Origin: an uncultured Pseudomonadales bacterium
GTDB taxonomy: Bacteria > Pseudomonadota > Gammaproteobacteria > Pseudomonadales > Azotimanducaceae
Direction: 5' to 3'
Assembly (NCBI GenBank): GCA_964489485.1
Contig: CAZAZB010000001.1
Span: forward strand, 1 to 31,805
Length of the DNA: 31,805 nt
Below, piece by piece: positions 1-7,940 of this stretch. The position numbers and the translations under genes are program-made. Every line of letters begins with the position of its first letter. The first letter of the stretch is position 1. The notes under the pieces are model-generated. The model was not told the DNA's origin, did not search any database, and saw nothing but the letters and a program-made list of their open reading frames with translations.

Positions 1-1386
1 GAAGCGTTCGGACTGGTTCTGTTGAAGTCACCCGAGGTACTGCGCATTGTTGAAGGGTTGGGTTACTCGGGCGCGAACATTCAGGTCATCGACGCACAAA
101 GGAGAGTTCGTGCGGAAGTTGGCAGCTATCGATCCAATACCATCCAGCCAGAGGCTGATCCGGAGTCAAGCTGGTCTGACCGGTGGTTCAGTCTCACCAG
201 CATGATTCTGGATCCATTATACAATGTCATTGATGTCGGCTTTCGTGAGGACAATGCAACGCTTGAAGACAAGGTCATCACCGATTCGCTTGCAGGCATT
301 CCCAGCTACCAGCGAATTTATACCGAAGAAGAGGGAGAGATGATTCTCGCGGCCCACCCGATCATCGATCAAAATGAGGTGATCGGCACCGTTGTCTTAA
401 AACAGAATACCAAAAGAATCCTGCAACTCCGGCGGGATGCCCTACAGCGTATCATCAACTTCTCGGTCACATCTCTTTTTATATTTGTCGTGCTCATTCT
501 GGTTTTCTCCGTGAGGTTAGCCGGCAGAATACGCCGGTTAGGGCTCGAGACAACCGAGGCGATTGACATCTATGGTCGATTACAAACCAACCAGATAAAG
601 GCTGAAACAAAATCAGGTGATGAGATAGGCGACCTTGCCAGAAGTATCTCTGGTATGTTGTCGAGACTACATCAACACAACCAGTTCCTTGAAAATATGC
701 CCAGGACACTACGACACGAGATCAACAACCCGCTAAACACGCTCTCCACCTCTCTGCAAAACCTCGAGAACGAAACGTCTGATGAAGCAAAAAAACGATA
801 TTTGGAAAGCGCCAAACGAGGCGTTATTCGCATTGGCATGATCGTCCAGAACCTGGCAGATGCAGCCAGCCTCGAAGATGCGCTGGAGGCAGAAGAGTTC
901 GAAGTGGTTAATCTCTATGATCTTGTCCAGAATTATCTAGCAAACTGTCGAACGGTTCATCCAAATCGAAACTTCGAATACCGCGGCACTCAACATCCTG
1001 TTCGCAGCAATGTATCCGATTTTAGGATTGAACAACTACTGGACAAATTGATCGATAACGCAGTCGACTTTTCAAAACCTGGCACCACCATTACAGTCGG
1101 ACTTACGACCGATGAGAACAATCTCACCTTGTTTGTCACAAACCAGGGTTCCAGTATTTCGCCGGACATGGTGGACAATGTATTCGACTCCATGGTTTCA
1201 GTACGAGAAACCAATCCAGACAATCGGCTACACTTTGGCATGGGGCTTTATGTCGTCCGGGTTATCGCAGAGCAACACGGTGGAAGTGTTAGTGCTGCGA
1301 ACCTTCTAAACGGAAATGGCGTCACAATTAGAGTCAAGCTCCCACTCTTCAAATCAATTCCGAATCGATCTTTTGCGGCGTCTTAA
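1..1386 (+). CDS. pdsS: Sensor histidine kinase (HAMP-HisKA-HATPase), 5'-truncated; resembles the proteobacterial dedicated sortase system kinase PdsS
   Basis: Frame is open from base 1 (GAA GCG TTC GGA...), so the true start is upstream. TM segment IINFSVTSLFIFVVLILVFSV, HAMP DEIGDLARSISGM, H-box LRHEINNPL, N-box QLLDKLIDNAVDFS, G2 HFGMGLYVV. The AHPI...IGTVVL...ALQR periplasmic segment and N-box match PdsS as I recall it. Confidence 0.7.
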   Translation, partial: EAFGLVLLKSPEVLRIVEGLGYSGANIQVIDAQRRVRAEVGSYRSNTIQPEADPESSWSDRWFSLTSMILDPLYNVIDVGFREDNATLEDKVITDSLAGIPSYQRIYTEEEGEMILAAHPIIDQNEVIGTVVLKQNTKRILQLRRDALQRIINFSVTSLFIFVVLILVFSVRLAGRIRRLGLETTEAIDIYGRLQTNQIKAETKSGDEIGDLARSISGMLSRLHQHNQFLENMPRTLRHEINNPLNTLSTSLQNLENETSDEAKKRYLESAKRGVIRIGMIVQNLADAASLEDALEAEEFEVVNLYDLVQNYLANCRTVHPNRNFEYRGTQHPVRSNVSDFRIEQLLDKLIDNAVDFSKPGTTITVGLTTDENNLTLFVTNQGSSISPDMVDNVFDSMVSVRETNPDNRLHFGMGLYVVRVIAEQHGGSVSAANLLNGNGVTIRVKLPLFKSIPNRSFAAS

Positions 1387-1433
1387 CAATTACAATAACT
1401 GTTTTGTTGCATCGACTCCAAATTCTAGCGCGC

Positions 1434-1478
1434 AAAAAAAAGTCCTAACATCTTTCGGGGGAGGGAATCTGTTAGGAC
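1434..1478 (-). terminator. Rho-independent terminator on the minus strand
   Basis: GTCCTAACA (1442-1450) and TGTTAGGAC (1470-1478) form a 9-bp inverted repeat. A8 at 1434-1441 reads as U8 directly after the stem on the minus strand. Confidence 0.7.
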
Positions 1479-1612
1479 CTGGCGCACTAGTTGGAGCCAA
1501 TACGTAGAAGTAATCTTAGACCGTGAATATGAAGATACTATGGAAGGTTGATGGAAATAACACTCCACGAATTTCAGATCTTACTATCTATCGACCCATG
1601 CACCGGCAGAAA

Positions 1613-2134
1613 TCAGTTAACGACAATATTCGTCTGAGCCGGTGCCATGGCGGATGTGAGGTTTCCTTCTAGTCGCCATTCGGCGTTCTTGACCGCAGTC
1701 ATCAGCAATTGGGACATCGTAATATTGATGTCCTGATTCAATACTATGGTAATACCTTGCCCTTCCTTCGGCTGTACGCTTAATTGCATTGTGCCATCGT
1801 CTCTCAGGTTGTAACTTAATTTAAACGCCAGCTTGATGTCCTGACCCAATGGATACTCATTGTCTTTCTCACTAAACTGTTGATCAAAACTCGCGTCACC
1901 TATGGCCTTTTCTTCTTTAAAGTGCTGAAGAGCCGCTTTTGCCTGGGGCGTTGCCTGTAAAGAAATGTCCGGATCAACCTGCTTATGATCGCTCAAAACA
2001 CCTAATAGAAGAATCGTATAACGCCTGGTAAGCCAGAACCTGAATTCCTTTTTGTCTGTGGAATTCACGCGGAAGAGAATTCGATCCTCTTCTGCCACAT
2101 AGACCATCTGTAGTTGGCTGATTGCACCTGTCAT
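1613..2134 (-). CDS. Conserved hypothetical cytoplasmic protein (173 aa)
   Basis: Clean ORF filling an otherwise empty gap. The N-terminal QLQMVYVAEEDRILFRVNS...FRFWLTRR pattern resembles uncharacterised proteobacterial proteins. No function assignable. Confidence 0.75.
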   Translation of the reverse strand: MTGAISQLQMVYVAEEDRILFRVNSTDKKEFRFWLTRRYTILLLGVLSDHKQVDPDISLQATPQAKAALQHFKEEKAIGDASFDQQFSEKDNEYPLGQDIKLAFKLSYNLRDDGTMQLSVQPKEGQGITIVLNQDINITMSQLLMTAVKNAEWRLEGNLTSAMAPAQTNIVVN

Positions 2135-2218
2135 GGTGAGAGTATAAACAACACCGGTTGTTTTCTTAAAGTGCCCTTACCTATTTCGGGCGGCGGAGGC
2201 TAATATTCAGCCAGATCA

Positions 2219-2238
2219 ACATCAAAATATTTTGATAT
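2219..2238. promoter_or_regulatory. Palindromic operator, putative SahR box 1
   Basis: ACATCAAAATATTTTGATAT contains a perfect 16-bp palindrome ATCAAAATATTTTGAT (2221-2236). It fits the ATCAA-N6-TTGAT core I recall for SahR sites and lies upstream of sahR. Confidence 0.7.
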
Positions 2239-2267
2239 AGCTTGTAAATTGCATTGCCATCAGTAGT

Positions 2268-2287
2268 ATATCGATTTTTATTGATAT
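2268..2287. promoter_or_regulatory. Palindromic operator, putative SahR box 2
   Basis: ATATCGATTTTTATTGATAT: same ATC-x-A-N6-TTGAT geometry with one mismatch, ending 9 nt before the sahR GTG. Confidence 0.6.
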
Positions 2288-2296
2288 AGATCCTCC

Positions 2297-3325
2297 GTGC
2301 CCACCTACTCAACTTCACGGCTCAACTTTCAGGTTCAAGATTCGAGCTTCATCAGAATCGTTGAGTCCGACGAACTTTTAGCTTTTTGCAAAGCGACCGC
2401 TGACGCGTTGCGCCTGGATATTATCAGGGTATTGAGAGGCGAGTCGTTCAGCGTGATGGAGCTTTGCCGCATATTTGGCACAACTCAACCGAGCATGAGC
2501 CACCATTTAAAGATACTCGCCGGTGCGGGTCTTTTACAAACACGAAGAGAAGGGAATACCATTTTCTACCGCCGCGCACTCATCGCATCAGACGGTCCCA
2601 TCAGCGACCTGATGGCAAGGTTGTTTGAATCCATTGACCGCATGGCGCTGCCCTTAGCGGTTACAGATAGCTGCAAGCAGGTGCACAACGCCCGGGCGCA
2701 GCACTCAAAAGAATTCTTTGAAAAGAATGCTGACAAGCTCAAGGACAATCAGAATCTTATTGCAGAATTTTCACACTATTCATCCTGCATAATTGAGTTT
2801 CTTTCAAATGAGCAGTTCGCCGATAATTGCCAGGTCATCGAGGTTGGACCCGGTGAAAGCGACCTCATTGAAATTCTTGCCGAACACTTCAAGACCGTCA
2901 CAGCTGTTGATAATTCGCCGGAAATGCTCGAGCGGACCAGAGAGAAAGTTGCGTCCGCAGGGCATACTAATGTTGACTATTTCCTGGGAGAATTATCGAA
3001 CCTCCCCGGTTCTCTTCACTCAGATCTAATCGTGTTGAATATGGTATTGCACCACTTGCCTTCACCTGCAGAAATATTTCCTGCTGTGATAGAGCACCTT
3101 GCTCCAAACGGCGTATTGCTGATCGCCGACCTGTGTTCTCACGATCAAGATTGGACAAGACAAACCTGTGGCGATGTCTGGTTAGGCTTTGAGCCCGATG
3201 ATATCGATATGTGGGCGGTCTCCGCAGGATTGGAGAAAAAGCAGAGTGTCTATCTTGGATTGCGCAACGGGTTCCAGATACAGGTAGGTCTATTTCGAAA
3301 ACCGAACCCACTGAAAGTCGCTTGA
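2297..3325 (+). CDS. sahR: ArsR-family HTH + class I SAM-binding methyltransferase domain regulator (SahR)
   Basis: N-terminal ArsR HTH (KATADALRLDIIRVL...SVMELCRIFGTTQPSMSHHLKILAGAGLL...REGNTIFY). C-terminal MT fold (VIEVGPGES, VTAVDNSPEML, LNMVLHHL). Lies directly upstream of ahcY with matching operators. Confidence 0.85.
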   Translation: MPTYSTSRLNFQVQDSSFIRIVESDELLAFCKATADALRLDIIRVLRGESFSVMELCRIFGTTQPSMSHHLKILAGAGLLQTRREGNTIFYRRALIASDGPISDLMARLFESIDRMALPLAVTDSCKQVHNARAQHSKEFFEKNADKLKDNQNLIAEFSHYSSCIIEFLSNEQFADNCQVIEVGPGESDLIEILAEHFKTVTAVDNSPEMLERTREKVASAGHTNVDYFLGELSNLPGSLHSDLIVLNMVLHHLPSPAEIFPAVIEHLAPNGVLLIADLCSHDQDWTRQTCGDVWLGFEPDDIDMWAVSAGLEKKQSVYLGLRNGFQIQVGLFRKPNPLKVA

Positions 3326-3350
3326 TGAGCTTTGCGTGATTTTATAAAAA

Positions 3351-3480
3351 ACGAGCCGCTGAAGGCTCTTTAATACGAGCCGCTGAAGGCTCTTTAATAC
3401 GGGCCGCTGAAGGCTCACTATTACGAGCCGCTGAAGGCTCACTATTACGAGCCGCTGAAGGCTCTTACGAGCTGCGGCTC
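3351..3480 (+). repeat. Tandem array of 5 x 24-bp hairpin units plus one shortened unit
   Basis: Units start at 3351, 3375, 3399, 3423, 3447: ACGAGCCGCTGAAGGCTC followed by TTTAAT or ACTATT (unit 3 has GGGCC; unit 5 linker is only TT). Then ACGAGCTGCGGCTC at 3467-3480. Each unit contains GAGCC-GCTGAA-GGCTC. Confidence 0.95.
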
Positions 3481-3495
3481 CAGGAGAAGTAAACC

Positions 3496-4863
3496 ATGAG
3501 TAATAACGACTATAAGGTCGCGGACATCAGTCTGGCGAAGTTCGGACGAAGCGAGATTGAGTTGGCGGAAGCCGAGATGCCTGCACTAATGGCACTGCGT
3601 AAAAAATACAAGGCAGACCAGCCGCTGGCAACCGCAAAAATCATGGGGTGTATTCACATGACCATTCAAACGGCTGTTCTGATCGAGACACTGGTGGAAC
3701 TTGGCGCCGAAGTCAGATGGTCCTCCTGTAACATCTTCTCAACGCAGGATCACGCGGCTGCGGCAATGGCTGAGAGCGGTATCCCGGTCTACGCCTGGAA
3801 GGGTGAAACTGATGAGGAGTTTCTATGGTGCATCGAACAAACAATTCTCAGCGATGGCAAGCCCTGGGATGCCAACATCATCCTCGATGATGGCGGTGAC
3901 CTGACTGAGATGGTTCATAGTAAATACCCTGAAATGCTCAATACTATCCACGGCATCACCGAGGAGACAACAACAGGTGTTCATCGCTTGTTCGAAATGA
4001 TGGCAGCCGGGGAACTTAAAGTACCCGCGATCAATGTGAACGATGCCGTCACAAAATCCAAAAACGATAACAAATACGGCTGTCGTCATAGCCTGAATGA
4101 TGCCATCAAACGTGGCACAGATATGTTGATGGCTGGCAAGCGTGCGCTGGTCATTGGCTATGGTGATGTGGGCAAAGGTTCAGCGCAAAGTCTTCGACAG
4201 GAAGGCATGATCGTCAGAATCGTCGAGATTGATCCTATCTGCGCCATGCAGGCATGTATGGACGGCTTCGAAGTTGTCTCTCCGTACAATAACGGGGTGA
4301 ATACCGGCAAACTCGACGATATTGATACCAGGCTGATGAGTGCCACGGACCTGATTGTCACTTGTACGGGCAACGTCAATGTTTGTGATGAAAACCTCCT
4401 TCGCACCATCGCCTCAAATGCAATCGTCTGCAATATCGGTCACTTCGATACTGAAATTGACACCGCATTCATGCGCGAGAACTGGAGATGGGAAGAAGTA
4501 AAACCCCAGGTGCACAAGATCTATCGCAGTGATGATCCGAAAGACTATGTCATTCTTCTCTCGGAAGGCCGCCTGGTAAACCTTGGCAATGCAACAGGTC
4601 ATCCGTCTCGTATTATGGACGGCTCCTTTGCCAATCAGGTACTGGCACAGATGTATCTGTTCGAGCAGAAGTGGGCAGATCACGATCCAAGCCAACGGGC
4701 ACCGATTACAGTAGAGGTACTTCCCAAGGCACTTGATGAGGAGGTCGCCGGATACATGGTTGAGGGTTTCGGGGGTGTCATTACCCAGCTAACTTCCACT
4801 CAGGCGGACTACATCAATGTACCCACAGAAGGTCCTTTTAAATCGGAAACCTACAAATATTAG
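3496..4863 (+). CDS. ahcY: S-adenosyl-L-homocysteine hydrolase
   Basis: Signature motifs [89 protein letters not shown] at 3482-3486. Confidence 0.98.
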   Translation: MSNNDYKVADISLAKFGRSEIELAEAEMPALMALRKKYKADQPLATAKIMGCIHMTIQTAVLIETLVELGAEVRWSSCNIFSTQDHAAAAMAESGIPVYAWKGETDEEFLWCIEQTILSDGKPWDANIILDDGGDLTEMVHSKYPEMLNTIHGITEETTTGVHRLFEMMAAGELKVPAINVNDAVTKSKNDNKYGCRHSLNDAIKRGTDMLMAGKRALVIGYGDVGKGSAQSLRQEGMIVRIVEIDPICAMQACMDGFEVVSPYNNGVNTGKLDDIDTRLMSATDLIVTCTGNVNVCDENLLRTIASNAIVCNIGHFDTEIDTAFMRENWRWEEVKPQVHKIYRSDDPKDYVILLSEGRLVNLGNATGHPSRIMDGSFANQVLAQMYLFEQKWADHDPSQRAPITVEVLPKALDEEVAGYMVEGFGGVITQLTSTQADYINVPTEGPFKSETYKY

Positions 4864-4886
4864 GCGGTAACAGAACTGATGGAAGT

Positions 4887-4925
4887 GACTCCCTGAAATA
4901 CGGACATGGTATATTCAGCGGAGTC
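4887..4925 (+). other. Intercistronic stem-loop without U-tract
   Basis: GACTCC-CTGAA-ATAC-(GGACATG)-GTAT-A-TTCAG-C-GGAGTC gives 15 bp with two single-base bulges between ahcY and tesB. No poly-T on either side. Confidence 0.55.
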
Positions 4926-4943
4926 GCCTCTTGATGTGAACAA

Positions 4944-5810
4944 GTGATGAAACAAGAACTCAAAGATCTGCTCAACCTGCTTGATCTGGAGCAAATTGAA
5001 GTCAATATGTTTCGCGGTGTTAGCCCGGACGAGGGCTGGCAAAGAGTTTATGGCGGGCAGGTTCTCGGGCAGGCACTCGTCGCAGCATCGCGCACTGTAG
5101 AGGATGAAACAAGGACGGCACATTCGCTGCACGGATACTTTCTGCGTCCCGGCGATACCACCATTCCCATTCTCTACAACGTAGACCGCATCCGGGACGG
5201 TCGGAGCTTCACCACGCGACGTGTGATGGCCATTCAAAAAGGCCGCCCCATCTTCAGCATGTCCGTCTCTTTTCAGGTGGCAGAAACCGGACTTGAGCAT
5301 CAATCCAATATGCCTGAAGTACCAGGGCCGGACGACTGTCCGAGCGAAAGGGAACTGCATGAGAAGTTTGCGAAAGATATTCCGGAAAAGTTTCAGGGCA
5401 GGGTCGAGCGACCCCGCCCGATTGAAATGCGATTTGTCGAACCCTGGAATGAATACAATCCTGAACCCATGGCGCCAGAACAACATGTCTGGATGAAGGC
5501 AGTTGATACCATGCCGGAGGACATTCGGCTTCATCAATGCCTACTCGCTTATGCATCGGACATGACGCTGATCGATACCAGCTACAGGCCGCATGCCATT
5601 GGCTGGGGAAACGATAAGTTTCAGGTGGCGAGCCTCGATCATGCCATGTGGTTCCACAAACCTATTAAGATGGATGAATGGTTATTGTACTATCAGGACA
5701 GCCCCTTCTCTGGAAGCGCCAGAGGTTTTAGTCGCGGCACAATATTCAACGCCACAGGAGATCTGGTAGCATCCGTGGCACAGGAAGGACTCATCAGGTT
5801 GCACCCATGA
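4944..5810 (+). CDS. tesB: Acyl-CoA thioesterase II
   Basis: RVYGGQVLGQAL, HSLHGYFLRPGD, RIRDGRSFTTRRV, LLAYASDMTL, ASLDHAMWFH, VASVAQEGLIR. Start is GTG 4944 or ATG 4947. Confidence 0.95.
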   Translation: MMKQELKDLLNLLDLEQIEVNMFRGVSPDEGWQRVYGGQVLGQALVAASRTVEDETRTAHSLHGYFLRPGDTTIPILYNVDRIRDGRSFTTRRVMAIQKGRPIFSMSVSFQVAETGLEHQSNMPEVPGPDDCPSERELHEKFAKDIPEKFQGRVERPRPIEMRFVEPWNEYNPEPMAPEQHVWMKAVDTMPEDIRLHQCLLAYASDMTLIDTSYRPHAIGWGNDKFQVASLDHAMWFHKPIKMDEWLLYYQDSPFSGSARGFSRGTIFNATGDLVASVAQEGLIRLHP

Positions 5811-6667
5811 ATTCGATTAATTACATGCAGCGCACCCGTGACCTCTATCGGGCACAGGGTTTTAAGAAAGACTATGTCTGGGCACACTTCACAGATACCC
5901 CATTTATACAGATCAAGAAGCCTCTGGCTGAATGTAAGGTCGCAGTGGTCACAACCGCAGTTGTAGATCCTGCGGTGCCGAAGCCTGTGCGAAAAGCGGC
6001 GAGTTACCTTTATTGTGACCTTCCAGATCAGCTAGATACAAACGACCTTGCATGGGACAAGGTGACAACCCACACCAACGACCGGCAGAGCTACTTCCCT
6101 TTTGAAGTCCTCAATAAATTGGTCCGCGAAGGCAAGATTAAATCTCTTGCCCCAAGATTTCACTTTGTGCCAACCGAGTATAGTCAACGCAACACCCTGA
6201 CATCTGACGCACCGACAATTCTTAGCGCCTGTCAGGAAGATGGCGTCGACATTGCCTTACTTGTTCCCTTGTGACCCGTCTGCCATCAGACCGTGAGTCT
6301 GACTGCAAGAACACTGGAAGACGGGGGGATCGCAACCGTTGTGATTGGCTCCGCTCTCGATATTGCCGAACATTGTGGTACCCCGCGTTTTTTGTTCAAC
6401 GACCTGCCATTGGGAAACCCCCTGGGGAAGCCCGGGGACAGGGAGATGCAGGAAAAATCTATTCTGCTGGCACTGGACATGATTGTCTCTGCAAGGGCCC
6501 CAGGGGCCGTTGTTCACTCAGATTTCCGCTTTTCCGACGATGACAGCTGGAAAGAAAACTACGCCCGGATCGACGAGTCCAATCGGGCTGAACTTTTAAG
6601 GTTGGGCGACCTGAACAGAAAACGCCGCGCCGACAATCAAGCCAAAGGGCTTAGCCGTAAACAGTAG
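5807..6667 (+). CDS. PrdB/GrdB-family (reductase selenoprotein B-like) protein, 286 aa, with in-frame TGA at 6272-6274 read as selenocysteine
   Basis: ORFs 5807..6274 and 6293..6667 are in the same frame. Reading through gives DIALLVPL-U-PVCHQTVSLTARTLEDGGIATVVIGS...GTPRFLF...PLGNPLG, which aligns by eye to the PrdB U-x-x-C-H region. ATGA overlap with the tesB stop. Confidence 0.85.
6275..6325 (+). promoter_or_regulatory. Putative bacterial SECIS element
   Basis: Apical stem TCAGAC (6286-6291) / GTCTGA (6297-6302) with loop CGTGA. The loop starts 17 nt after the TGA and has G at its second position. Possible basal stem CCCGTCT (6275-6281) / AGACGGG (6319-6325). Confidence 0.7.
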
Positions 6668-6720
6668 TCACAAGCTCTGGCCTTAATTTTGGGCAAGACC
6701 AGGCCAGACATTACCTTCCC

Positions 6721-6785
6721 TTTTCGGACAGCATTTTCAGACTGTGTTTTTGGACGTCCAGAGCCGTTTTTGGACATCCAGCGCC
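6721..6785. repeat. Degenerate intergenic repeats with palindromic cores
   Basis: GTTTTTGGACGTCCAGAGCC (6746-6765) and GTTTTTGGACATCCAGCGCC (6766-6785); TGGACGTCCA is a perfect palindrome. Related TTTTCGGAC at 6721 and TTTTCAGAC at 6734. Confidence 0.7.
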
Positions 6786-6985
6786 GCTGGCGATACTAAG
6801 CGCACTATCCCAGGCTGGCCAGTCGTTGGTTTCAAGGCATCAATAGACCTTATTCTGGCGTATACCGGACTTTGATAGACTGACCTTAACTGTACAATAG
6901 ACCTGTGGCTTCACATAATGTCGCCCTCATCTAGAACATCTACATGCTTCAGATTTACTAGTACCAATCCAAGCAGGGACCACGC

Positions 6986-7936
6986 GTGACCATCAAGAAC
7001 GAAGATCGACTCAGCAGCGTTGAAGTCATTCAGCAGAACTTTGGACAGCTGAACTATATATGTAACCTTCAGATTGCCACTGCTGTTTTTCTCGCCTACC
7101 ACCTGGAGAAACCCATTTTGATCGAGGGCCCTCCTGGTGTCGGTAAAACAGAACTCGCCAAAACTGCCGCAGAGATGCTGGATCTCCCGTGTATCAGGCT
7201 CCAGTGTTACGAAGGTCTTGATGAATCAAAGGCGATATATGAGTGGAAATATGGCAAACAATTGCTTTACACCCAGGTTCTAAAAGAAACGCTTGGCGAG
7301 ATTCTGGAAGGCGCAACCGGACTGGCAGAATCTGTTGAAAAGCTGCACAGTTTTGGTGACATATTCTTCTCTGAAGAATTTTTGGAGCCCAGAGCGCTGT
7401 TGAAGGCACTAAAAGCAGAAGAAAGCTGTGTTCTGTTGATCGACGAGGTGGATAAATCAGATCATGAATTCGAGTCCCTGTTACTTGAAATGCTCTCGGA
7501 CTATCAGCTGTCAATTCCCGAAATAGGGACGATCAAGGCGCATCCGGATAGAAAACCACTGGTCTTCCTGACCAGCAATAACACTCGCGAGATAAGCGAC
7601 GCCCTCAAACGCCGGTGCCTGCATCTGTACATTCCATTTCCTGACGCTGATCTGGAAAGCCGGATTGTGCATGCCAGGGTGCCAGAAATTCCGGACAGGT
7701 TGAGAAATCAGCTCGTCGCTTTCATTCAGGAGCTACGAGAAATGGACCTCAAAAAAGTACCCGCCATCAGCGAGACAATAGACTGGGCTCGAACGCTGAT
7801 CCTGCTACACAGTGAATCCCTCGATGCAGACCTTGTTCGACAAACACTGAACGTTATTTTGAAATTTCAGGAAGACATCGAAACCGTTGAAGCAGAAATT
7901 CAGAATGTAACGAACAAGGCGATCAAAGAAAGCTAA
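6986..7936 (+). CDS. MoxR-family AAA+ ATPase (CoxD-like)
   Basis: Walker A EGPPGVGKT, RLQCYEGLD, Walker B LLIDEVDK, LTSNNTRE, DALKRRCL. Confidence 0.9.
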   Translation: MTIKNEDRLSSVEVIQQNFGQLNYICNLQIATAVFLAYHLEKPILIEGPPGVGKTELAKTAAEMLDLPCIRLQCYEGLDESKAIYEWKYGKQLLYTQVLKETLGEILEGATGLAESVEKLHSFGDIFFSEEFLEPRALLKALKAEESCVLLIDEVDKSDHEFESLLLEMLSDYQLSIPEIGTIKAHPDRKPLVFLTSNNTREISDALKRRCLHLYIPFPDADLESRIVHARVPEIPDRLRNQLVAFIQELREMDLKKVPAISETIDWARTLILLHSESLDADLVRQTLNVILKFQEDIETVEAEIQNVTNKAIKES

Positions 7937-7940
7937 TCTC

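Noticed and set aside
1495-2212. Spot 42-like fragments on the minus strand (TTACTTCTACGTATTGG near 1500; GGCTGAATATTAGCC at 2198-2212)
   Set aside because: The two short matches are about 700 nt apart, separated by a CDS, and not in the polA-linked context; likely chance.
3351-3480. CRISPR array
   Set aside because: The inter-repeat segments are only 6 nt and are themselves repeated; no unique spacers and no cas genes.
4860-5537. 225-aa antisense ORF
   Set aside because: Lies opposite the well-supported tesB and has no recognisable motifs. The same applies to the other short shadow ORFs in the track.
6271-6543. 90-aa ORF, and the reading of 5807..6274 / 6293..6667 as two genes or a pseudogene
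   Set aside because: The 90-aa ORF is an off-frame shadow. The TGA falls exactly at the catalytic U/C position of a UxxC motif with a SECIS-like hairpin, so recoding explains it better.
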